DNA of 64,000 nucleotides, from assembly GCF_009914755.1 (NCBI RefSeq), contig NC_060947.1, one strand, 5' to 3'. The stretch's first letter is position 1; each line of letters starts with the position of its first letter. This DNA comes from the human T2T-CHM13v2.0 reference genome, Homo sapiens. Below, piece after piece: positions 43,049 to 57,664 of the stretch. The notes under the pieces were generated by a model. The model was not told the origin of the DNA, made no database searches, and saw only the letters and a list, made by a program, of their open reading frames with translations. The position numbers and the translations under genes were made by a program.

Positions 43049-43678
43049 TGTTGCAGTCTTACCAATGCACCGTAATGTAGCAGTTTCTCATTGTCCGAAC
43101 TAGTACCACAGGTTCTTTGTCTTACATCCAAGAAAATTGAGGAACGCAGACACAAAGGTGTGGTTGAAGTGAAAGTTTAGTAAGTGAAATTAAAAAAGCT
43201 CTCTGCAGCAGAGAGGGGAGTCTGAGTGGATTGCCAGGTGTCATCTAAATTCAAAAGTTTTTATAAGAAACTCCTCTCATCTCTGTAGCAGTTTGAGTAA
43301 CTTCTCTTATTAGTAAAGCTGCCTGTGCAACTCCCCTTACCTCATGCAAGCTGTGGATATGTCTCTAGGCAAGCACAAAGTGCCACTTCTCTTGTTTGCG
43401 TGGTGGGTTGTTTTTGATAAGCCCCACTCCTCCCTGAGCAAGTTCCCCCCACGTATATGACTGAAAAGGGGAGAAAACTCTTCCCTGGGAGCTCGCTAAT
43501 TAGAAAAAGAAGAAAGAATGTCTGTGTTGGACCCTGTTTTGATTATCTGTCCAGGAGCAGCCTGAGTTTTCTTTTCCCCGGGTTGTTTTATTTTTGTCTG
43601 TTGCTGAGACTTTTCAGGCAGGCTGCTTCTGCAGACTGAATTTTCCCCCAAATGATTTTTTTCTTTCCTTCTCCCTCA
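43049..43678 (-). mobile_element. 5' LTR of the ERV1 provirus
   Basis: TG...CA ends, adjacent to the PBS, homologous to 32279-32916. Confidence 0.92.
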
Positions 43679-44345
43679 GTATGATCATTTTCACAATATT
43701 TATTCTACCCATTCATGAGCATGGGATGCATTTCCATGTTTGTGTTATCTATGATTTCTATCAGCAGTGTTTTGTAGTTTTCTTTGTAGAGATCTCTCCT
43801 CTCTTTGGTTAGGTATATTCCTAAGTATTTCTTTTTTTGCAGCTATTGTAAAAGGGGTTGAGTTATTGGTTTGATTCTCAGCTTGGTTGCTGTTGGTGTA
43901 TAGCAGTGCTACTTGTTTGTGTACATTGATTTTGTATCCTGAAACTTAACTAAATTTATTTATCAGATCAGGAGCTTTTTGGATGAGTGTTTAGGGTTTT
44001 CTATGTATGCAATTATATCATCAGCAAACAGTGACAGTTTGACTTCCTCATTACCAATTTGGATGCCTTTTACTTCTTTCTCTTGCCTGATTGCTCTGGC
44101 TAGGACTTCCAGTACTATCCTGAATAGAAGTGGTGAAAGTGGGCATCCTTGTCTTGTTCCAGTTCTCAGGGAAAAATGCTTTCAAGTTTTTCCTGTTCAG
44201 TATAATGTTGGCTGTGGGTTTGTCATAGATGGCTTTTATTACCTTAAGGTCTGTCTCTTTTATGACTCTTTTGCTGAAGGTTTTAATCATAAAGTGATGC
44301 TGGATTTTGTCAAGTGCTTTTTCTTCATAATTGAGATGAACATAT

Positions 44346-44735
<390 letters not shown>

Positions 44736-45386
44736 TAATGGTGTATTTTCTTTTTGATATGCTGTTGAATTCAGTTAGCTAGGATTTTATTGAGGATTTT
44801 TGCATCTACGTTCATCAGGGATATTGGTCTATAGTTTTCTTTTTTTTTTTTAATGTCCTTTCCTGGTTTGGTATTAGGGGAATGCTGGCTTTGTATAATG
44901 ATTTAGGAAGGATTCTCTATCTTTTGGAATAATTTCAGTAGGATTGATACCGGTTATTCTTTGCATACCTGATAGAATTCCACTGTGAATCTATCTGATA
45001 TTGGACTTTTTTGGCATTTTTTTATTACTGTTTCAATCTTGCTACTTGTTTTTGGTCTTTTGAGAGTTTCTATTTCTTTCTGATTTAATCTAGGAGGGTA
45101 ATACATTCATAGGAATTTATCCATCTCCTCCAGGTTTTCTAGTTTGTGTACACAAAGATGTTCATAGTATCCTTGAATGCTCTTCTGCATTTCTATGGTA
45201 TCAGTTGTAATAACTCCCATTTCATTTCTAATTGAGCTTATTTAGATTTTCTCTCTTTTTTGTTGGTTAATCTTGTTAATGATCTATTGATTATATTTAT
45301 CTTTTCAAAGAACCAGCTTTTTGTTTAATTTATCTTCTGTATTTTTTTGTTCTGATTTTATTTAGTTCTCCTCTGATCTTTGTTCC

Positions 45387-47545
45387 TGATATGGTTTAGA
45401 TCTGTTTCCCTACCCAAATCTTATGTTGAATTGTAATCCCATTGTTGGAGGTGGGGCCTGGTGGGAGGTAACTGGATAATGGGGGCAATTTTTCATCAAT
45501 GGTGTGGTACCATTTCTCTTGGTCATAAAAGTGAGTGAGTTCTTGTGAGATCTGGTTGTTTAAAAGTGTGTGGCGCCTCCTCACTCTCTCTCTCTCCTGC
45601 TTCTGGAAGTAAGATGAGGGAAAAAGTCTCTAACTTTGTAGAGACTTATTTAATGGTTGTGACCAAAATGCTGATAGTAATATGGGCAATGAAGTGCAGG
45701 CTGAAGAGGTCTCAGATGGAGATGAGGAAATTATTGGGAACTGGACTAAAGGTCACTTTTGCTATGGTTTAGCAAATAACCTGGCTGCATTGTGCCCCTG
45801 CTCTAGGGATCTGCGGAGCCTAGAACATGAAAGTGATGATTCAGGGTATCTGGCAGAAGAAATTTCTAAGCAGAAAAGTTTCCAAGATGTTGTCTGGTTT
45901 TTCCTAACAACCCATGCTCATAAGGATGAGTTAAGAAATGATCTGAAACTGGAGGTTATATTTAAAAGGGAAGCAGAGTGTAAAAGTTTCTAGGATTTGC
46001 AGCCTGATCATTTGGTAGAAAAGAAAAGCCCATTGGGTTGGTTGGTTAACATTAATTGTCAACTTTATTGGATTGAAGGATGCAAAGTATTGTTTCTGCA
46101 TGTTTCTGGGAGGGTGTTGCTAGAGGAGATTAACATTTGAGTTAGTGGACTGGGAGAGGCAGACCCATCCTTTATCTGGGTGGGCACCATCCAGTCAGCT
46201 GCCAGCATGGCTAGAAAAAGCAGGCAAAAGAAGATGGAATGAGCAGACTTGCTGAGTCTTCTAGGCCTCATCTTTCTTCTGTGCTGGATGCTTCCTACCC
46301 TTGAACATCAGGCTCCAAATTATTTGGCTTTTGGACTTACACCAGTGGTGTGGAATGGGCTCTCAGGCCTTTGTCCGCAGACTGAAGGCTGCACTATCTG
46401 CTTCCTTACTTTTGAGGTTTTGGGACTCAGACTGAGGCACTGCTGGGTTCCTTGCTCCTCGGCTTTAAGACAGCCTATCATGAGACTTCACCTTGTGATC
46501 ATGTGAGTCAATTCTCCTTAATAAACTCCTATTCATATATACATATATCCTGTCAGTTCTGCCCCTCTAGAGAACCCTGATTAATACACCCATTTTCAGG
46601 GGAGAAATTCAGCAGGCTGTAGAAATTTGCATAAGTAAAGAGAAGCTGAATGTTGATAACAAAAATAATGAGGAAAATGACTCAAAGGCATTTCAGAGAC
46701 TTTTGTAGCAGCCTCTCTCATCACAGGCCAAGAGACCTAGGAGGAATTAATGGTTTTATGAGCCATAACCAGGGTCCCACTGCCCTGTGCAGCCTCAGGA
46801 CACTGCTTTCTGCATCCCAGCCGACCCAACTTTAACCATAGCTGAAAGGGGCCCAGGTAGAGCTGGGACTGCTGCTTCACAGGACACAAGCTGTAAGCTT
46901 TGGCAGCTTCCAAATGACGTTAAGCCTGCAGGGGCACAGAGTGCAATAGTTGAGGCTTGGGAGCCTCCACCTAGATATCAGAGGATATATGGAGAAGCCT
47001 GGATGTTCCCACAGAAGCCTGCTACAGCAGTGGAACCCTCATTTAGAACCTCTACTAGGGCAATGCAGAGGGGAAATGTGAGGTTGGAGCCCCCACACGG
47101 AGTCCCCACTAGGACACTGCCTACTGGAGTGAGAACACGGGGGCCACCATCCTGCAAACCCCCGAATTTTAGATCCAATATCAGCTTGCATCCTCTGTGT
47201 GAAAAAGCTGCAGGCACTCAATGCTGGCCTGTGAGAGCAGACATAGGGGCTGACCCCTGCAAAGCCACAGTGGTGGAGCTTCCCAAGGCCTTGGGAGTCC
47301 ACTCCTTGTACCAGTGTGCCTGGCTGTGGGACATGGAGTCAAAGGAGATTATTTTGGAGCCTTAAGATTTAATAACTGCACTGCTAGGATTTGGACTTGC
47401 AAGAGGCCTGTAGCCCCTTTCTTTTGGCCAATTTGTTCCTTTGAGAACACAAGTATTTACTCAATGTCTGTCACCACATTATATCTTGGAAGTAACTAAC
47501 TTGTTCTTGATTTTACATGCTCATAAGCAGAAGGGATTAGCCTTG

Positions 47546-47550
<5 letters not shown>
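45387..47550 (+). mobile_element. MSTA-like MaLR: partial 5' LTR (45387-~45610) fused to MST-int; 3' end missing
   Basis: 'tgatatggtttagatctg...cccaaatcttatgttgaattgtaatccc'. Internal 'gtgaccaaaatgctgatagt', 'gcagaagaaatttctaagcag' and 'gagcctccacctagat'. Confidence 0.9.
46034..46588 (+). mobile_element. MLT2A2-like HERV-L solo LTR
   Basis: 'ttggattgaaggatgcaaagtattg...gagattaacatttgag...gagaaccctgattaataca'. 5-bp TSD CCCAT at 46029-46033 and 46589-46593. Confidence 0.9.
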
Positions 47551-49904
<2,354 letters not shown>

Positions 49905-50893
49905 GTACATTTATATGATGAAAGACTGAACAATCTTAGTGTAAAATGTAAATAGAAAATATAAAAATAACAATATATAACACAAACAAAAAAGATTAAT
50001 CTTTTTAAAAAGTATATCATTATGGAGTAAAAAAATGCTTGTTTAGAAGATCAATTTTCTTATTGGAAGAAACTCCTACAAAGAAAGGCTGGAAAAATTT
50101 TAACCGAAAACTTTCAACTGGTTTTAGGGTTATGAGAAAGGAAGTTATAAAGCAAGTCAGTTCCTGTCTATTGGTTTGGTAAATCTTCAGACTACCTATT
50201 CCACTGATGATCTTGGACCTATGGCTGTAACTTTTATTCAGAACCAGCAAAAGGTTTGCTTTCCAAATATCTTTAGTGTATGAAAGTAAGCTTTAAGTGC
50301 CCTGTGGACATCCAGAATTACAATCTGAATTCAGAGGAATACCAAGATATAGGCTGTAACACAGGTAAAGATATTTTCCAAATTACGTGGACGTTGGAAG
50401 CAAAGTTTGGCAAAAATCCCAGAACTATTTTTATTACTGTTTTGTTCAGGAAAAGATAAATTTGTATAAAGGCTATGAATATGAGAACATGAAGCTGAAA
50501 AATGCACTGAGCCAACTATGTAGAAGCTGGAAGACAAGAATAAGATTAAAAGACAAAGAGGCATGGTAACTGATGGCTGAAAAGAAGAGTCTGTCATCAA
50601 GTTTCAAACAGTATTTAGGTCTTCCAATGGAAGAAGTGTTTTTATATGGAGTCAAATGATGAACAGTCCTCCAGAAAATGACATTAAATCAAGATGAGGA
50701 AAAAGTTTTCTCTTAATGAATCACCAAACTACTGACATAGAGACGTACTTGCTTTTGAAAGGGTCCTAGTCACTTTTAGGTTAACTGTATAAGAGTAAAA
50801 TATTATGAAATCTGGAACTTACTTTACAATAACCTTCTTTTTTCCACCTCCATGAATATCCATGCCCCAAACACCCTATATAGCTATTATTGG

Positions 50894-50895
<2 letters not shown>

Positions 50896-50926
<31 letters not shown>

Positions 50927-50944
50927 CACACACACACACACACA
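50896..50944. repeat. Compound (TC)n(CA)n microsatellite
   Basis: Read directly. Confidence 0.95.
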
Positions 50945-52284
50945 TATCAGGATGGATATAGACATCCTGATAAAAATTACCTGTATATGAATGATTGCTT
51001 CACACAGAAAGTTTATCTATATGTGAAGAACAATAAGATTATTTTACTGTTTATTTAAAAAGATCTATAATTTTAAGGAAAATATTGCATCATGATGTTA
51101 GCATAAAATGTAAATTGGTTTAGATAATACAAGAACTAATTAGTTACCAACAATTAGTATTAAGTAACTCAATCCTTACCTTCTCCTTCTTCCCCCAATG
51201 CTATACAAACACAATACATAAATTTTGATTAAATAGTTTATATAATTTAAGATTAAAAAATACTACCCTCAAGCTTATGCTCTTAAGATAAATAATATGG
51301 CTTTAAACATGCACACATTAGAAGATAGGAAACAATCATGATAAATTTTAATTTGAAAAGCTTCATGTTCTGAGGTAAAATTTGAATATACAGAGTGGGA
51401 CTTCAATTGTTTTTGTTTATTTGCTTGTAACAGCATATTAAAAATATAAAGAAAATAATCTAAGATATTGCCAGTAGCAAAACTGTTAGTAATATTTATA
51501 TTTTATGTGATTTCCAATTTTATATAATGAACACCTTTAGTGAAAAAAATACATTTAATTTTTGAAGTATATTTAAAATTTTTGATGTGATTCAAAAGTG
51601 CCATGTTTTGAGAAAGAAGAATGAGAGGTAAATAGTAGGAAATAAAAGAAAGAAACTAGAAAAAATATTGAACAAATAAGAAAGGGTGGATCCTATTGAA
51701 GAAGAAAAAAAAACAGTGATGGAATTTCAAGAATAAAAGTGCTAGCAGGTGTTAAATCCTCCACTAATCTCTGCAGGACAACAAGGGGACTCAGAGTCAT
51801 TAAGAAAACTAGGGGGATCCTCTGTGCAGTAGACTAATTGTTCCTTTTAAGGGGCTTCCCATTCAGTTGGAGATGTACACTTGAGACTAAAGACTTATGA
51901 CTAAACATTTACCAAACAACTGACCATTTTTAGTCCAAAAAGAAGACAGCGTAAAGTATGCCGATATTGAGAGAATACACAGGGAGGATGTAAAGAAAAA
52001 TGACTAGAGGGTTAGGATATGGAGACAGATTTTTAAGGAAGGAAGGCACATAGATTGGTAGAGATGAAGAGTGAAGAAATTTTAACTGGAGAATAGAGCA
52101 TAGAAAAACACAAATTTAGGAATAGATAAGATATGCTGGAGGTATAGTGAAATGGTAGTAGACGATGCAAGAACATTCTTACTTCCATATCTCTTACTTG
52201 AAGTTGCTGTGAGTGGTAATGGTGAAAAAGAGAGAGGTCCTATGAGTTGAATGATAGTGATTTCAAACAAAGATATTTACATGT

Positions 52285-52480
52285 GTTCATGTATTTACTC
52301 ATTGAAGAAACATTTATTAACAGCCACTGTGTGCCAAACATCCTTGAAGGCATTGGGGTTAAAGGAATTAATAACAGAAAAATAAATTTGTGCCCTAGTT
52401 TGCTTAGGTTCTAAAGAGAGTAGACAAGCAAATATATAATTAAAATATATAGTATGTCAGATTTTTTAGCATCATTAAAA
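52285..52480 (-). mobile_element. L2 3'-end fragment
   Basis: 'aaacatttattaacagccactgtgtgccaaacatc...aggcattgggg'. Confidence 0.6.
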
Positions 52481-54267
52481 ACAGGAACATAATCGTACCA
52501 TGGGGTCTCATGTAATATGCTACCCATTGCTGCTTCTTGGTGGATAATATCAATTAAGAGATTTTAATAAAATATGTCACATATGAGCCTTGCCTTAAAA
52601 TACTGGGTCTTAATGCCTTGTATTGTGTATAAGACAAGAACGACTCTTGTTACTAAGACGATCTGTTACTAATTGGAATAATGACACTAGAAATACGATT
52701 TACTTTTGTGTGTCAAAACAAAGGAAACAACATGATGTCAGAGATGTCAAAACAGCAAGACATTATTTATTCTTATTCTCTTTACATCTTTGGGTTGTTG
52801 AAATTGAGCTTTTCAAATTTGGGGAACTGAATACAGTTAATCTGTGGGCTTCCTGAAATTGTAGAAATGAATACCAATAATCTATAGAATTGCACTCCTC
52901 CCAGGAATACAGTTAAGGTGTTTGTTGGGGGTGGGAGCAGGCAATGATACAGAAAGGTGTTTGTGAATCACATTCAATCTGAGTGAAATTAGCCTGCTAG
53001 CATTTCAAATATCAGTTGCTATTAGCATTTCCATGTAGTTCTACGCACACATCTGGATATGAGTCTCTCAGGTTATACTCAGAAGTGAGTAACTGTATGG
53101 AGGGAAGTACACAACTCTTGTATGTAACCTACACAAAAATCAATTTCCATTAACAAGAGTCTTGTCTTCATGGACTATAGGGAGCGTGAAGTTGCTATAT
53201 GGAAAATTTGTTCACTTTTTAAAACATTTCCAAGATACAACGAAAAATAGTATCACTAACATGACCAAAAGTAGAGGCATTCAGACAAAAATACCATCCT
53301 AATTTAAAAAATTGTTTTTCAAAACAAGATAGATGAAACACCATTTAGGCAGACTATTCAAGAAGACCTTGACAGTGGCAGCACGTGGAGGTTTATCTTT
53401 ATAAAGAATAAATTGATTCTGAACAATTTTTCCTACAATCTAGACTAGGATGAAGCATCCTCTTCTTCAACATTACCCATCCATGCTATTTTGTTCTCTT
53501 TAGACTTTTGGAAATAGAGGGATACACACAGGTACATAAACAAATGATATTTTTGTGTTTTGGAAAATCCTGGGGCACTTATTAGGCTGCCAAAGGAGAA
53601 CCTGCTGAGTACTGATACACTTTTGTCTACTTCATCAACTCATCTGACAACACATTTTCATTTAGAACTCTTTTATGTTGACTTTCTTCACCCAAATTTT
53701 AAAGATCATTTTTTTAAGGATCCTGCTTATTGCCTATCATTGCTAATAAATAATTTTTTAAATCTCATTTTTGATCGGTTTTAGTGTTCCAATTCAGGAT
53801 GCATTCTGTTTATTTCCAGTGTGTATTGTACAGGTTATAATCTAATTCTGAATTAGACTTAATGGTAAAATTAGCTGGTTTATTTCAACACATATTAGAG
53901 ATGCCTATGTAATACTGACTGGTACATGATATACATGAAAATAATATGTGTTAAAGGAAGATGTACTTACCAAAAATAAATTTACAATATTATTACTAAA
54001 TCAGAAGTATTAAAAAATTGTTAACTATTCATGTAGCAGATCTATTTAAGCACAGTTACCAAAAAAACTTTCTCTGTTTATTATATTGTATGCTGCATTA
54101 ATAATTATGAGGTGAAAAAAACATTTGAAATAGAGGAAATTCTAGTTAAACTTATGTGCCTTTGAAATATTCATGGCTTTTTTTCTTCAATAGAATTTCC
54201 CTTCTAAACCATAGTTTGCTTAAGAGGCTATTAATTTTACTCACTGGAGCAAAGTAGCATTTGAATT

Positions 54268-54570
54268 CCCATTCATTAATTAATTTACTTCTTATTAGGC
54301 ACCTAGTTTGTGCCAGGGCCCTTACTGTGTGCTGGGGATATAATATGAATAAAACAGTCTTTACACTTGTGATGCTCACATTCTAGTTGAGGTGACAGAT
54401 ATAAAAATAAATAACCAAACAATGCAGTAACTGATGTAATACAGGTACAAACGCTTCTTCTCCCGTCTCCCAACAAAAGAGACCATGGTATACAGTGGTA
54501 AATTCTTTAAGGTGGGTGGGAGTTGAGAAGGTTCTTCAGAGAACAAATTATATGAACTTTACCTTAAGTA
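54268..54570 (-). mobile_element. L2 3'-end fragment
   Basis: 'cattcatt...ttattaggcacctagtttgtgccaggg...gtgctggggatata...tgaataaaacag...gctcacattctagttg'. Confidence 0.7.
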
Positions 54571-54599
54571 ATACATACACCTGCTAGTTTGAAAAGGAA

Positions 54600-55395
54600 T
54601 TTATGAAAAATTGCTCTACATCACTAATCATTAGAGAAATGCAAATCAAAACGACAGTGAACTACCATCTTACACCAGTCAGAATGGTTATTATTAAAAG
54701 GTGAAAAAATAACAGATTTCTGGCAAAGTTGTGGAGAAAAGGGAACATTTATACCCTGCTGGTTATAATGTAGGTTAATTTAGCCATGTGGAAAGCAATG
54801 TGGCAATTTCTCAAAGAACGGAAATACTATTTGACCCAGTGATCCCATTATTGGATATATGCTAAAAGGAATATAAATTGTTCTACCATAAAGACATATA
54901 AATGCATATGTTTATGGCACTATTCTCAATAGCAGAGTCATGGAATCAACCCAAATGCCCATCAGTGGTAGACTGGATAAAGAAATTGTGCTATGTATAT
55001 ACTATGGAATACTATGCCGCCACAAATGAAAAATGAGATTATGTCATTTGCAGTGACATGGATGGAGCTGGAAGCCATAATCCTAAGTGAACTAACAGAA
55101 GAAACCAAGACAAAATACCACATGTTGTTACTTATAGGTGGAAGCTAAGCACTGAGTACAGATGGACACAAAGAAGAGAACAACAGACACCAGGGGCTAC
55201 CTGAGGATGGAGAGTGAGAAGAGAGAGAGGATTGAAAAACTACCCTATGGAGTAATATGCTTACTATTTTGGTGGCAAAATAATATGCACACAAAACCCT
55301 CAGGACACACACTTTACTTATATAATGAACCTGTACATAACAAATCTGTACTCCTGAACCTAAAATAAAAGTTTAAAACAAAGAAAGAAAGAAAA
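54600..55395 (+). mobile_element. L1PA13-16-like 3' fragment
   Basis: 'catcactaatcattagagaaatgcaaatcaaaac...ctgaacctaaaataaaagttt' followed by an A-rich tail. Confidence 0.88.
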
Positions 55396-55943
55396 TTTCA
55401 ACAAAGCATTCAGAATGTTACATAAACGTAGTTGATAAAGCAGCAGCATGGATTGAGAGGATTGTCTGCAATTTTGAAAGAAGTTCTATTGTGGGTAAAT
55501 GCTATCAAACATCATCAAATGCTACAGAGAAATCTTTAGTAAAAGGTAGAGTCAATCGATGCAACAACCTTCATTGTTATCTTAAGAAATTGCCACAGCC
55601 ACTCCAACCTTCAGTAATCACCACCCTGATCAGTCAGCAGCCATCAACTTTGAGGCAAGACCACCCTCCACCAGCAGAAAGATTAAGACTTAATGAAGAC
55701 TCAGGTAATCATTAAATTTTTTTTTTAGCAATAAAGTATTTTTGAATTAAGGCATGTACTTTTTAAAGACATAATGCTATTGTACACTTAATGTACTATA
55801 ATATAGTGTAAACATAACTCCCAAATCCCTGGGCTTACAGATATGAACCACTGAACCTGGCTTTGTCTGATTCACTTTATTGTGATATTTGCTTTATTGC
55901 TGTGGTCTGGAATGGAATTCACAATATGTTTGATATATGCTTG
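55396..55943 (+). mobile_element. Tigger1 (TcMar) 3' portion with terminal inverted repeat
   Basis: 'gttgataaagcagcagca...gagaggattg...ttttgaaagaagttct', 'cagtcagcagccatcaac...ggcaagacc'. Ends 'caatatgtttgatatatgcttg|ta'. Confidence 0.88.
55818..55861 (-). mobile_element. 44-bp Alu 5'-end fragment inside Tigger1
   Basis: ctcccaaatccctgggcttacagatatgaaccactgaacctggc resembles the reverse complement of the Alu start (ctcccaaagtgctgggattacaggcgtgagccaccgcgcccggc). Confidence 0.7.
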
Positions 55944-56647
55944 TATAAAATTTAATCTTGTACTCTCTCTTCTGTTTAGAATATTTTTAAAAAGTATTTC
56001 TGCATAGACTGGGTGCTGGACTGAAAGGTTGCCATGTTCATTTTAGCTCAAATGTCTGTAAGTCACAATATTTTATGCTACAAGCTGACTATAGCAAGCC
56101 CATCTATGAAAAGAACCAAGCAGTAAGGGCTGGTCAGAATTTCATTCTCAAAGTGTTGTTAGAAAGAATACAGGAATATATATTCATCCCTTCTGAGTAC
56201 TGCAGTGAGCTAATAAAAGAGCTAATAAATGGACTATGGTAAACAAGAGGCCATGTTGCAATAATATCCCATTACCACCATTCCATAAAAGAGGAAGATA
56301 TTGCCTAAAATGGGAGGTTAGTATGGAGATTGACAAATGTATTTGGTGGTTTAGAAAGTTAATTACAAACTATGCTTGGAGTGAGCTTCAGGTGAGTTGG
56401 ACACTTACTTTTCTGCAAATCTTAAAGTAAAACAAGAAGGGGGTTCTCTTTCCTAGGATTCTTAGAACATTATCTAGAAAGAGAAGTGTAACAAGAAAAT
56501 AGGAAGAGCTCATACACAAAGAAATAAAATTTCACATAATATAATTTATTTGCACATCATCTCTTTGTCTAAAAGCTTATTGTCATGTTTTCTTGGGACT
56601 GTATCATTCTCTTAAGGTAGAAGTAGTCCTCTGTTGTTGAACACATG

Positions 56648-56992
56648 GAAGCATAGTGTGGGGTGGTGGTTACCAGAGGCTGGGGGATGGGAGAACTGGG
56701 GAGATGTTGGTCAAAGGAAAAAAGCTTTCAGTTAGGTAAGAAGAATAAATTCAAGAGATCTATTGGATATCATGGTGATGATAGTTAAAATCTATATATT
56801 TTATACTTGAAAATTGTGAAAAGAGTAGATTTTATGTTCTCCCTACAAAAAAGATGAGATAATGTATATATTAATTATCTTGATGTAGTCATTTTACAAT
56901 GTATACATGTATTAAAACATCATGTATACCATAAATATATACATTTTTATCTGTCAATTAAAATTTTTAAAAATAAAATAGATAATAAAAAA
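56648..56992 (+). mobile_element. L1MA 3' UTR fragment
   Basis: 'ggtggttaccagaggctggg...ggagatgttggtcaaagg...tttcagttag...aataaattcaagagatctatt...tgtcaattaaa'. Confidence 0.85.
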
Positions 56993-57181
56993 GAAGTTTA
57001 AAGTGATATGGGAGTTATTTCAAGTAGAGAAAATATAATAGAAGTATGAAAAGGGGTAGAACATTCAAAAATGGAGAGGAATATCAGAGAGAAGTAATAT
57101 AATATAATAGTCTGAGCTGCAGGGAGAGGCCAACATGAAATATTGTTCTTGCAGTATGCACAGGAAGATATTTGAATCCTG

Positions 57182-57182
<1 letters not shown>

Positions 57183-57226
<44 letters not shown>
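57183..57226. repeat. (TG)22 microsatellite
   Basis: Perfect dinucleotide run. Confidence 0.97.
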
Positions 57227-57229
<3 letters not shown>

Positions 57230-57535
57230 ACCTACATGCATGCTGCATTTGTGAGACTTCATGAATAAGTAGAGGGTGATACATATGTAACTTAACCCTG
57301 TTTCATATGTTCTGTGTTATAGATGTATCCATGTTTTCTCTTTTATACTGAATTTATGCTCAGATATTAAAAGATACTATTACATGTGATTTGCTTTTTA
57401 AATGAAGACAAGCATTTAATAAAGTCACCCTTGGATATTCTAGAAATAGAAGGATGAAAATTATTTCATGGATGGACTTAATTTCATGCATGCACTTTTC
57501 CACTAGTGGAACCATCCACACTAGTTATGTTTCAC

Positions 57536-57664
57536 TTTTATTTATTTATTTTTTGCTGAATTTTTATTTTATTTTATTATTATTACACTTTAAGTTTTAG
57601 GGTACATGTGCACAATGTGCAGGTTAGTTACATATGTATAAATGTGCCATGCTGGTGTGCTGCA
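57536..57664 (-). mobile_element. Very short young L1 (L1HS/L1PA2-3-type) 3' terminus
   Basis: 'actttaagttttagggtacatgtgcacaatgtgcaggttagttacatatgtata..tgtgccatgctggtgtgctgca' preceded by a T-rich tail. Confidence 0.9.

Noticed and set aside
46787-47365. 192-aa ORF
   Set aside because: Part of the decayed MST internal region, with no evidence of domestication.
50100-50700. Cluster of overlapping short ORFs suggesting an exon
   Set aside because: No recognisable protein similarity or convincing splice pair; purine-rich sequence that may be old L2.
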